Origin: an uncultured Staphylococcaceae bacterium
Lineage (GTDB): Bacteria > Bacillota_I > Bacilli_A > ML615J-28 > CAG-313
Assembly: GCA_964507405.1 (NCBI GenBank)
Contig: CAZDPJ010000002.1
Coordinates: 13,233-77,232, forward strand
Length of the DNA: 64,000 nucleotides
Direction: 5' to 3'
Every line of letters begins with the position of its first letter. The first letter of the stretch is position 1. The notes under the pieces were generated by a model. It had not been told where the DNA came from. It ran no database searches and saw only the letters and a program-made list of their open reading frames with translations. Made by a program: the position numbers and the translations under genes. Positions 9,501 to 18,818 of this stretch are shown one piece after another.

Positions 9501-9881
9501 TTATTCTTTTTTCCCTTTTAATGCAGCATGACGCTTAATAGCTTCAAATGTTTCATCAGATAAATCATGTTCAATTTTACATGCATCAATTTTAGCGACT
9601 TCCTCACTTACACCTAAATTCATAAAGTACTTAGTAAGTAGGAGATGACGCTCATACATTCTACTTGCAATCGCCATCCCACTATCAGTTAAAGTGATAT
9701 TACCTGATTCATCAACATTTATATATCCACTATTTTTTAGGTTTTTAACGGCACGTGAAATACTTGGTTTAGAGTAATTCATTGAATTAGCAATATCTAT
9801 TGATATTACACGTCCATTTGTTTTTTGTAAAATTAAAATTCTTTCTAAATAATCTTCAGCAGATTCATGAATATTCATCAT
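9501..9881 (-). CDS. DtxR/MntR-family metal-dependent transcriptional repressor
   Basis: ESAEDYLERILIL, winged-helix SKPSISRAVKNLKNSGYI, dimerisation helix RHLLLTKYF..LGV and metal-site-like KIEH. 126 aa. Confidence 0.8.
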   Translation of the reverse strand: MMNIHESAEDYLERILILQKTNGRVISIDIANSMNYSKPSISRAVKNLKNSGYINVDESGNITLTDSGMAIASRMYERHLLLTKYFMNLGVSEEVAKIDACKIEHDLSDETFEAIKRHAALKGKKE

Positions 9882-10003
9882 AAATTCCCCCTTTTCTTAA
9901 TTTTATCACATCTTTTATTTTTTTGCAAGGTATTAAAGAAAAAACGCAATATAATAGTTAATAATATTAAAATATTATATAATTACTTTGTGAGGAATAT
10001 AAA

Positions 10004-10498
10004 ATGAATATTAAAGTAGATATTAGTAATGTAATAATAAAAACAGAAAGACTAACCTTAAGAGGATTTGAATTAAGCGATTTAGATGATTTTTACGAAT
10101 ATGCATCAGTCGATGGAGTTGGGCAAATGGCAGGATGGTTGCCACATAAAAACAAAGAAGAAAGCCTTACTATTTTAAAGCGTTTTATTGAATCTAAAAA
10201 GGTTTTCGCAATTCTTTATAATAATAAAACAATTGGTTCAATTGGAATAGAAGAATATAAAGAATATGAATTACCTGAATTTCAAGATTATTTAGGTAGA
10301 GAAATTGGTTATGTTTTATCTAAAGATTATTGGGGTAATGGATTTATGACTGAGGCAGTTCGTGCAGTTATTAATTATTGTTTCAATAATTTAAAAGTTG
10401 ATTTTCTTGTATGTGGAGCTTTTGTTGATAATATTAGGTCAATTAGGGTACAAGAAAAATGTGGATTTGTTTTTTACAAAAAAATACAAAATATATAA
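10004..10498 (+). CDS. GNAT (RimJ/RimL-type) N-acetyltransferase, apparently truncated by an A7-tract frameshift
   Basis: TERLTLRGFELSD, GYVLSKDYWGNGFMTEAV and SIRVQEKCGF are GNAT motifs. The missing C-terminal strand (..KYNEIKNCKLSILKR) is encoded in the -1 frame up to 10548. Confidence 0.75.
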   Translation: MNIKVDISNVIIKTERLTLRGFELSDLDDFYEYASVDGVGQMAGWLPHKNKEESLTILKRFIESKKVFAILYNNKTIGSIGIEEYKEYELPEFQDYLGREIGYVLSKDYWGNGFMTEAVRAVINYCFNNLKVDFLVCGAFVDNIRSIRVQEKCGFVFYKKIQNI

Positions 10499-10662
10499 CA
10501 AAGTATAATGAAATAAAGAATTGTAAATTATCAATATTAAAACGATAATATATTTTAAAATATAGGAAATATTTGTTTAATAAGACGTGTAATATTTATG
10601 AATTTTTTATCTAAATGATAATTAAGTATTACAATATTTTTCTAGTTATTATAAAAATAAGC

Positions 10663-10701
10663 AGTATTTAAAGTCATCCTTTAAATACTTTTTATTTTTT
10701 T
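10663..10701 (+). terminator. Rho-independent terminator
   Basis: AGTATTTAAAG-tcatc-CTTTAAATACT followed by a T-rich run. Confidence 0.65.
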
Positions 10702-10759
10702 GTTTGCTAAAAATATGCAATCGTGATATAATACATAATGTTAAAAAGGAATATGACAT

Positions 10760-11551
10760 ATGAAAATAATTGTACTAGCAAGTGGCTCAAAAGGCAATGC
10801 CACTTATATTGAAACACCAAAAACCAAAATTTTAATAGATGCGGGAATTAGTTTTCTTCAAGTTAGAAATAGATTAAAAGAAGAAAATGTTGAATTATCG
10901 TCTATAGATGCCATCTTCGTATCACATGAACATACTGATCATGTTTTGCATCTTACTTCATTATTAACAAGAACAAAAGCTAATTTATATATGGATGAAA
11001 TTAGTTATAATGTGTTTAACAAAAAGAATAATAATAGTTTAGTTCAATTTAATACGACTTTTCTAAAAAATGATTGTCGATATGATTTTGAAGATATGTG
11101 TGTTGTGCCTATTGCTTTGTCTCATGATTCCGCAGCAATTCATGGCTTTTTATGTAAAGAAATATCAACAGATGCAAATAAAACCTTTGCTTCTATTACA
11201 GACACTGGAGTAATACCTGAAAAGTATTTTCCAATTTTAAAATCAATTAATACAATATTAATTGAATCAAATCATGATGTTGAACTCTTAATGACAAGTA
11301 GAAGACCTTGGGTATTAATTAATCGAATATTATCAAAAAAAGGTCATTTATCTAATGAATCCTGTGTATCTTATTTAACAAAAATTGTAAATAAGGAAAC
11401 AAAAAATATTATTCTAGCTCATCTTAGTGAAGAATGTAATGAACCAAATCTTGCGGAAAACGAAGTAATAAAAGTATTTGGTGAAAACTTACCATTTACT
11501 TTAATGATTGCTGAACAATATAAGCAACTTCCTACAATTGAGGTCGAATAA
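10760..11551 (+). CDS. MBL-fold metallo-hydrolase, YycJ/WalJ-like
   Basis: MKIIVLASGSKGNATYIE..ILIDAGIS..FVSHEHTDH signature. Directly upstream of rlmH, as I recall for Bacillus. Confidence 0.8.
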   Translation: MKIIVLASGSKGNATYIETPKTKILIDAGISFLQVRNRLKEENVELSSIDAIFVSHEHTDHVLHLTSLLTRTKANLYMDEISYNVFNKKNNNSLVQFNTTFLKNDCRYDFEDMCVVPIALSHDSAAIHGFLCKEISTDANKTFASITDTGVIPEKYFPILKSINTILIESNHDVELLMTSRRPWVLINRILSKKGHLSNESCVSYLTKIVNKETKNIILAHLSEECNEPNLAENEVIKVFGENLPFTLMIAEQYKQLPTIEVE

Positions 11552-12009
11552 TGATTAAAATTTTATGTGTTGGAAAAATTAAAGAAGATTATTTAACAGA
11601 TGGAATTAATGAATATTTAAAAAGAATTAAAGCCTTTGAAAAAATAGAAATTATTGAAGTTAAAGAATATCTAAGTGAAGATATTAACAAGGTAATTGAA
11701 GTAGAAGGAGAAAACATTCTTGAAAAAATTAATCAAAATGATTATGTCATAACTTTAGAAATTGAAGGGAAAATGATGACTAGTATTGAACTTGCAAGTA
11801 AATTTGATAATCTGTACACTTATGGAAATTCAAATATTACATTTGTGATTGGTGGTTCATATGGATTAAGTAAAAAAGTAAAGAACAAAAGTTCTTTAGC
11901 ATTATCATTTTCAAAATTTACTTTTCCTCATCAATTGATGAGATTAATATTAGTAGAACAAATTTATCGAGCAATTACGATAAATAATCACAAAGAATAT
12001 CATAAATAG
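11551..12009 (+). CDS. rlmH: 23S rRNA (pseudouridine1915-N3)-methyltransferase RlmH
   Basis: MIKILCVGKIKE..Y.KRI, FVIGGSYGLS and PHQLMRLILVEQIYRA (SPOUT). ATG overlaps the preceding stop. Confidence 0.9.
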   Translation: MIKILCVGKIKEDYLTDGINEYLKRIKAFEKIEIIEVKEYLSEDINKVIEVEGENILEKINQNDYVITLEIEGKMMTSIELASKFDNLYTYGNSNITFVIGGSYGLSKKVKNKSSLALSFSKFTFPHQLMRLILVEQIYRAITINNHKEYHK

Positions 12010-12019
12010 GAGGATAATT

Positions 12020-12865
12020 ATGAATATAGCAACAAATATTCTTTTCTTAGTAGTTAGTGGAGCATTCACTATACTTTATGTTTTTAATTTAATTTTAAAT
12101 TTAATTAGAGCAATTCAAACAAACAAATTAATTAAGGCTGACCCTCAATCATTAGAGGCTAAAGTTGTTGAAGTAAGACAAATAAAAAAGAGAGTATATA
12201 TAAGAGTACAATATACATCAACTAGTAACTTACAAACTTTTGAATCAATTTATGAGTTAACACAAAAAGAGTTTAATGATCAATATTATGTAGGTCAAAA
12301 ATTAAATATTATATTTCCAAAAATAACTGGTACTTCACGTATCCACTGTTTCCCTACATACCTTGAAGGTACTAAAATTAATGTTGAAGCTGGACCTATC
12401 TTCACAGATTGCTTAATCCTTGCTTCTGGTATCTTTATTTTCACATTTAGTTTATATAATATGCTTGCTAAAGGTGTGTTTACAAATAACTTACCTTTAA
12501 TTAGTTTAGATGGTACTGATTCAACTTTAACTTGGCTTAGTGTTTTAATTTTCTTAATTATTTATTTTGTTTTAATGACATATATAATGGAACGTATTAC
12601 TGGCATTTCAAAAGACCATAGTGAAAACTATTTAAAGATGTGTGGATTAAAAGCAAAAGCTGAAGTTATGACATATAAATTAAATCGTACTAAAAATGCA
12701 AATGGCGTTCGCCAATCAGAAATTAAAATTGAATTTAGAACAAATAAAGGCGAAAAAGTTTCAGCAAATATTGTATCATTTATGTATACTGAACATCCTG
12801 ACCAATTTATTGATATTCTATATGATGGTAGACGTCCTCAAATGGCAGTATATGTAAGAAGTTAA
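12020..12865 (+). CDS. Polytopic membrane protein with two DUF3592-like soluble modules
   Basis: The pattern TM helix then beta-rich module occurs twice ([22 protein letters not shown].. and [31 protein letters not shown]..). SD aggagga. Confidence 0.4.
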   Translation: MNIATNILFLVVSGAFTILYVFNLILNLIRAIQTNKLIKADPQSLEAKVVEVRQIKKRVYIRVQYTSTSNLQTFESIYELTQKEFNDQYYVGQKLNIIFPKITGTSRIHCFPTYLEGTKINVEAGPIFTDCLILASGIFIFTFSLYNMLAKGVFTNNLPLISLDGTDSTLTWLSVLIFLIIYFVLMTYIMERITGISKDHSENYLKMCGLKAKAEVMTYKLNRTKNANGVRQSEIKIEFRTNKGEKVSANIVSFMYTEHPDQFIDILYDGRRPQMAVYVRS

Positions 12866-12866
12866 T

Positions 12867-14849
12867 ATGGAAAAGTTTAAACTTGTATCAACGTATAGCC
12901 CAATGGGAGACCAAATTGAGGCGATAAAAAGAATTACTGAAAACATTCAAATAGGCATTAAAGAACAAACTTTGTTAGGTGCAACAGGAACTGGTAAGAC
13001 TTTTACAATGGCAAATGTAATTGCGAATGTTAATAAGCCAACGATTGTTCTTGCACATAATAAAACATTAGCTGGTCAGTTATATGCGGAATTAAAGAAT
13101 TTTTTTCCTGAAAATAGAGTTGAATATTTTATTTCGTATTATGATTATTATCAACCTGAAGCATATGTTCCAAGTAAGGATATGTATATTGAAAAAGATT
13201 CAAGTATTAATGATGAAATAGACCAAATGAGACATGCCGCAACTTCAAGTATTTTAGAACGTAAAGATACAATAATAGTCGCAAGTGTATCATGTATTTA
13301 TGGTATTGGTGATCCTGAAGACTATAAAGAATCAATGTTAACAATTAGAAAAAACCAAATTCTTAATCGCGATACTTTACTTGAAAAATTAGTTAAAATG
13401 CAATTTATTTATAGTTCAATTGCTTTTGAAAGAGGTATGTTTAGAGTAAAAGGTGATAATGTTGATATATTACCAACCTATGAAAATAGTGAAGCTATCC
13501 GAATTTCTTTTTTTGATGATGAAGTAGAAAAAATATCAATATTTGATATTGTTACAGGTAAAGTAATTAAAAATATTGATTTAATTAATATCTTTCCTGC
13601 TACTCATTTTGTCATGAATGATACAAAAAAAGAAGAAGCAATTAAAAGAATTCAAGATGAATTAAATGAAAGAATTAAATATTTTAATGAACATGGTAAA
13701 CCTCTTGAAGCTGAAAGAATTAAACAACGTACAATGTATGATTTAGAAATGATTAAGGAAGTTGGAAGTTGTTCAGGTATTGAGAATTATTCAAGACATT
13801 TATCACTTAGAAAAGAAGGCGAAACACCATCAGTTTTACTTGATTTCTTTGGTGATGATTATTTAATGATTATTGATGAATCCCATGTTACAATACCTCA
13901 AGTTAGAGGAATGTATAATGGCGATAGGAGTCGTAAACAAACCCTTGTTGATTATGGTTTTCGTCTTCCTTCTGCACTAGATAATAGACCACTTAATTTT
14001 GATGAATTTGAAAAAAAGATTAAACAAGTAGTATATGTTAGTGCGACACCTGGTGATTATGAATTAAATCGTTCTTATGAGATAGTAGAACAAATCATTA
14101 GACCAACTGGACTTTTAGATCCGGTTGTAAGTGTAAGACCAACTAAAAATCAAATTGATTATATTTTAAGTGATATTAAAGAACAGATAAAGAAAAATGA
14201 AAGAACTTTAATTACTACTTTAACGATTAAAATGAGTGAAGATCTAACTGCTTATTTAAAAGAAGTTGGTATAAAGGTTGCATACCTTCATTCTGAAATT
14301 AAATCACTTGAAAGACTTGAAATAATTAGAAACTTACGTAAAGGAACGTATGATGTATTAGTAGGGATTAATCTTTTAAGAGAAGGATTAGATATTCCTG
14401 AAGTTAGTTTAATCTGTATTTTAGATGCGGATAAAGAAGGATTTTTAAGAAGTGAACGTTCTCTTATTCAAACAATAGGACGAGCTGCTCGTAATGCGAA
14501 TGGTAAAGTAATTATGTATGCTGATAACATAACTGATTCTATGAGTAAAGCTATCAACGAAACAAATAGAAGAAGAGAAATTCAAAATGAATATAATATT
14601 AAACATCATATCACGCCAACTACTATAATAAAGGAAATTGGTGAATCTGTAAGTATTGTTAATCCAGATACTAAAGAAGTAAGTAATGATGTAATTGATA
14701 AAAAATCATTCAAGCAAATGTCTAAGATTGAACGTAAACATTTGATTGAGAAATTAGAAGTTGCAATGAAAAAAGCATCAAAAGAATTAAATTTTGAAGA
14801 AGCTATGATTCTTCGAGATACTATTTTAGAATTAAAAGCCGAAAGTTAG
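12867..14849 (+). CDS. uvrB: Excinuclease ABC subunit B
   Basis: GDQ..AI, Walker [13 protein letters not shown] box, YADNITDSM and a C-terminal UVR motif ([15 protein letters not shown]). Confidence 0.97.
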   Translation: MEKFKLVSTYSPMGDQIEAIKRITENIQIGIKEQTLLGATGTGKTFTMANVIANVNKPTIVLAHNKTLAGQLYAELKNFFPENRVEYFISYYDYYQPEAYVPSKDMYIEKDSSINDEIDQMRHAATSSILERKDTIIVASVSCIYGIGDPEDYKESMLTIRKNQILNRDTLLEKLVKMQFIYSSIAFERGMFRVKGDNVDILPTYENSEAIRISFFDDEVEKISIFDIVTGKVIKNIDLINIFPATHFVMNDTKKEEAIKRIQDELNERIKYFNEHGKPLEAERIKQRTMYDLEMIKEVGSCSGIENYSRHLSLRKEGETPSVLLDFFGDDYLMIIDESHVTIPQVRGMYNGDRSRKQTLVDYGFRLPSALDNRPLNFDEFEKKIKQVVYVSATPGDYELNRSYEIVEQIIRPTGLLDPVVSVRPTKNQIDYILSDIKEQIKKNERTLITTLTIKMSEDLTAYLKEVGIKVAYLHSEIKSLERLEIIRNLRKGTYDVLVGINLLREGLDIPEVSLICILDADKEGFLRSERSLIQTIGRAARNANGKVIMYADNITDSMSKAINETNRRREIQNEYNIKHHITPTTIIKEIGESVSIVNPDTKEVSNDVIDKKSFKQMSKIERKHLIEKLEVAMKKASKELNFEEAMILRDTILELKAES

Positions 14850-14860
14850 GAGTGATTATA

Positions 14861-15988
14861 ATGGCATCAAAACCTAAAGTTATTATTGGATTATCTGGTG
14901 GTGTTGATAGTAGTGTTGGTGTTATCAAACTACTTGAACAAGGATATGATGTAGAAGCCATATTTATGAGAAACTGGGATTCAGCCGTTAATAATGATAT
15001 TTTAGGTAATCCTGATTTAATGGATGATGTGTGTCCTCAAGAAAAAGATTATAAGGATGCTGCCGAAGTCGCTGAAAAACTTGGAATAAAATTACACCGT
15101 GTTGATTTTATTGAAGAATATTGGAATGAAGTATTCACTTATTTTCTTGATGAATATAAAAAAAATAGAACTCCTAATCCTGATATTCTATGTAATAAAG
15201 AAATTAAATTTAAATGTTTCTTAAATAAAGCTGAAGAAATGGGTGCTGATTATATTGCCATGGGTCATTATGCAAGAGTAATTCATGACCATGATAAACA
15301 TTATTTATTAAGAGGTGTTGATACTAATAAAGACCAAACTTATTTCTTGTCACAACTTACATCTAAACAAATATCAAAAGCATTATTTCCAATTGGAGAA
15401 ATGGAGAAAAAAGATGTAAGAGAACTTGCTAAAAAATATGATTTATCAGTTGCAACCAAAAAAGATTCAACAGGTATTTGTTTTATTGGCGAAAGAAATT
15501 TTAAAGAATTCCTTAAAAATTATATTCCTGCTCAACCTGGAAATATGGTAACTACATCTAATCAAGTAGTAGGCAAACATGAAGGGTTAATGTACTATAC
15601 TATAGGTCAACGACATGGCCTTGGTATTGGAGGCCCTGGTGAAGCTTGGTTTGTTATTGGAAAAGATGCTGCTCGTAATGAATTAATTGTTGGACAAGGT
15701 GATGAACAAGAATTACTTTATGCTAATCGTTGTATTATTAAAGATGTAAATATTATTAATGCTCCTTTAGTTAATACAGATACTTTATCAGCAAAATTTC
15801 GCTACCGAGCTAATGATGTGATGGTATCTATTAAATATTTAGATGATCATACTATTGAAGTAGTAACAAAAGAACCAGTAAAAGCAATGACTCCAGGTCA
15901 AGCTTGTGTCTTCTATGATGGTGAGTACTGCCTTGGTGGTGGCACTATTGATGAAGTTTATATGAATGATGTAAAACGGAGATATTAA
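14861..15988 (+). CDS. mnmA: tRNA 2-thiouridine(34) synthase MnmA
   Basis: PP-loop GLSGGVDSS, NPDILCN, KDQTYFL. ATG at 14861 follows SD aggagtg, so the track start at 14852 (GTG) is less likely. Confidence 0.95.
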   Translation: MASKPKVIIGLSGGVDSSVGVIKLLEQGYDVEAIFMRNWDSAVNNDILGNPDLMDDVCPQEKDYKDAAEVAEKLGIKLHRVDFIEEYWNEVFTYFLDEYKKNRTPNPDILCNKEIKFKCFLNKAEEMGADYIAMGHYARVIHDHDKHYLLRGVDTNKDQTYFLSQLTSKQISKALFPIGEMEKKDVRELAKKYDLSVATKKDSTGICFIGERNFKEFLKNYIPAQPGNMVTTSNQVVGKHEGLMYYTIGQRHGLGIGGPGEAWFVIGKDAARNELIVGQGDEQELLYANRCIIKDVNIINAPLVNTDTLSAKFRYRANDVMVSIKYLDDHTIEVVTKEPVKAMTPGQACVFYDGEYCLGGGTIDEVYMNDVKRRY

Positions 15989-15989
15989 C

Positions 15990-18359
15990 ATGAGTGAAAA
16001 ATTAAATGGAACAATTGCGAGGATACATTATTACAATCAAGACAGCGGTTATACCGTTTGTCTTTTTGAATTAGATTATAAAAAGCAAGAAACAATGAAT
16101 GTTAAAAAAAAGATAATTGGAAATAATATAACTGTCGTTGGATTTTTTGATCGTGCTGTTTATGAAGGTGAAGAATATGAACTTGAAGGAGATTATGTAA
16201 AAGATAAAAACTATGGTCTTCAGTTTAAATTTACTAAATTTTCAAGAAAAGCTATCGATAATGCATATGGTGTAGTTGCATATTTATCTAGTGATTTATT
16301 TCCCGGAATTGGAATTAAAATTGCGAAGATGGTTGTTGAAAAATTAGGTGTTGAAGCAATTGAATTAATTAAACATAATCCAGATGTCTTAAATGAAGTA
16401 GCAATTACTCCAAAGCAACGTTCAATCATATATAGTGGTATATTAAGTGATAAGTTTAACCAAGAAGCAGTTATCTTTTTACTTGATCATGGGATTACGA
16501 TTGATACCGCAAATAAAATAATAACGAAATTTGGTAGTGATGTTTTAGAACAAATAAAAGAAAATCCATATATCTTAATGGAAAAATTAGACCGATTTGG
16601 TTTTAAGAAAAATGACCAATTTGCGTTAAAACTAGGTGTTCCTAAAAATAGTCCATTAAGATTAAAAGCACTTACTTGTTATATGTTAAAAGAACTAATT
16701 TATAATACAGGCAATAGCTATGTTGCTCGTACTACGTTAGTTGAAAGAATTAGAGAATATATATTAGAAGAAATCGGTTTAGATGATTTTAATAATGTTT
16801 TAAAGATGTTACAAGATGAAAAGAAGATATATATGGAAAGTCCTAATGAAATCTTTGATTATAACTTATATTCACAAGAATTAGAACTTGCTAAAGAAAT
16901 TGCTGCTTTATTAAAGGGTGAAAGAAATAAAGATAAGAAAATGATAACTTATGATAAAGCTTTGATTGATGAAATATATGATGAAATTGAAAAGTCAAGT
17001 TCAATTAAGTTTAATCCTGAACAAAAGACGGCCATTACTTCTGCGTTTACTGAACCGCTTGTAATTGTAACTGGGGGACCTGGTACTGGTAAATCAACTA
17101 TTGTTCATGCCATTATTAAAATGTATTTGAAACTAAATAAAGATAGTAGTGCTTTAACTGATGAAATTGCTATTCTTGCGCCTACTGGAAGAGCAGCCAA
17201 ACGACTAAAAGAAACAACTAATATGGAAACATCAACAATCCATCGTTTCTTAGGATATACTGGTGGTGATAAATTTGCGTATAACAAATATAATAGAACT
17301 AGTGCACGTTTAATTATTGTTGATGAATCATCAATGATGGATTTACCACTTGCTTATCGTTTAATTACTTCAATGCATGAAGATGCAAGACTTATTATTG
17401 TTGGGGATGTTGACCAATTACCTGCGGTAGGACCCGGTCAAGTATTGAAGGATTTAATTGATACAAAAGAAATTAAAACAATAAGATTAAGTAAAATTCA
17501 TCGACAAGCTGAGAATTCTAGTATTATCAAACTTGCTCATAGCATTAATGATGGTGTCGTTCCTGAAAATATTTTAGAAAAATTTAATGACCGTACCTTT
17601 ATTCCTACTGATAATGAACATTTAGCAGGAATGGTAGTTGACCTTGTTAATAAAGCTGTTAATAAAGGTAAAGATATTAAAAAAGATATTCAAGTATTAA
17701 TTCCCATGTATAAGGGAGATATTGGGATAACAGAAATAAATAATCGAATTCAGAATTTATTAAATCCTTTAACTGAAAGTGGAGAAATAAAACATCTTGG
17801 TATGTCACTTCGTGTTAATGATAAAGTTATTCAACTTGTTAATCGAGCAGATAAAGGAGTAATGAATGGTGATATTGGTATTATTGAAAGATTTAAATAT
17901 AAAAACTTAAAAATAAGTGGATTAACGGTCGCATTTGATTCTACTTATGTTGACTATAATTTAGATGAAGTAGAAGATTTAAGTCTTGCTTATGCAATAA
18001 GCATTCATAAAGCACAAGGTAGTGAATTTGATTTGGTTATTATGCCAATTAGTACTAAATACTATATAATGTTAAAACGAAAATTAATATATACTGCGGT
18101 CACCAGAGCAAAGAATAGTCTAGTATTAATTGGTGATGTCAAGGCTCTTAAAATGGGAATTTCACAAATTGAATATAGTCGTAAAACAATTTTAAAAGAT
18201 AAAATAATTGAATGCTTACATCAAGAGGCAAAAGAAAAGAAAATTAATTTAAAAATAAATGATGAATTATCAGGTTTTGATACATTAGGTGAAACTGAAA
18301 TAGGTAAATTAAATCCTAGTGATTTTGAAGAATTTAAAAAATTAATGTATAATAATTAA
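15990..18359 (+). CDS. recD2: ATP-dependent RecD2-type SF1B DNA helicase
   Basis: N-terminal OB/HhH region, Walker A GGPGTGKST, IIVDESSM, GDVDQLP, SIHKAQGSEF, YTAVTRAK. Confidence 0.92.
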   Translation: MSEKLNGTIARIHYYNQDSGYTVCLFELDYKKQETMNVKKKIIGNNITVVGFFDRAVYEGEEYELEGDYVKDKNYGLQFKFTKFSRKAIDNAYGVVAYLSSDLFPGIGIKIAKMVVEKLGVEAIELIKHNPDVLNEVAITPKQRSIIYSGILSDKFNQEAVIFLLDHGITIDTANKIITKFGSDVLEQIKENPYILMEKLDRFGFKKNDQFALKLGVPKNSPLRLKALTCYMLKELIYNTGNSYVARTTLVERIREYILEEIGLDDFNNVLKMLQDEKKIYMESPNEIFDYNLYSQELELAKEIAALLKGERNKDKKMITYDKALIDEIYDEIEKSSSIKFNPEQKTAITSAFTEPLVIVTGGPGTGKSTIVHAIIKMYLKLNKDSSALTDEIAILAPTGRAAKRLKETTNMETSTIHRFLGYTGGDKFAYNKYNRTSARLIIVDESSMMDLPLAYRLITSMHEDARLIIVGDVDQLPAVGPGQVLKDLIDTKEIKTIRLSKIHRQAENSSIIKLAHSINDGVVPENILEKFNDRTFIPTDNEHLAGMVVDLVNKAVNKGKDIKKDIQVLIPMYKGDIGITEINNRIQNLLNPLTESGEIKHLGMSLRVNDKVIQLVNRADKGVMNGDIGIIERFKYKNLKISGLTVAFDSTYVDYNLDEVEDLSLAYAISIHKAQGSEFDLVIMPISTKYYIMLKRKLIYTAVTRAKNSLVLIGDVKALKMGISQIEYSRKTILKDKIIECLHQEAKEKKINLKINDELSGFDTLGETEIGKLNPSDFEEFKKLMYNN

Positions 18360-18497
18360 ATATTATCTCATAATATAAATGCTAAACAACATTATTGAGA
18401 TTCAGTAGGAGAACATATAATATTCCCTGTGTTTAGAACTATGAAATATATATAATGTATGCATTTAGCACTTTAAACTAAGAATGAGGTGATAATG

Positions 18498-18692
18498 ATG
18501 AAAACACCTATAGTTCCTTTCTTGATAGGGGGTATGACGGTATTTGGTGTTTGGATGGCCTATACTAATCGAAAAGCCCTTGACAAGCTCATAAATTGTG
18601 TAAGTGGTCAAACTGAACAAGCAATTCAAAAGTTTAAAGATAAAATGGAATCTACAAATTGTGAATGTCAAAACGCAAATTGTGGAGAGTAA
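18498..18692 (+). CDS. Small membrane-anchored protein with a Cys-rich C-terminus (64 aa)
   Basis: SD gaggtg 6 nt before the ATG. One TM helix (IVPFLIGGMTVFGVWMAY). Tail NCVSGQ...STNCECQNANCGE. Terminator immediately downstream. Confidence 0.6.
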   Translation: MKTPIVPFLIGGMTVFGVWMAYTNRKALDKLINCVSGQTEQAIQKFKDKMESTNCECQNANCGE

Positions 18693-18720
18693 GGGTTCGC
18701 TAAAGCTTGCGAGCCTTTTT
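18693..18720 (+). terminator. Rho-independent terminator
   Basis: GGTTCGC-loop-GCGAGCC (one G-U pair) followed by T5. Confidence 0.6.
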
Positions 18721-18818
18721 CCATAAAAAATAAAAAAGAGTATAAAGTAAAAAAATAAATAAGATATATGATAAAATAAATAATGTTCATATATATAAAC
18801 ATAAAAGGGGTTGATTTA

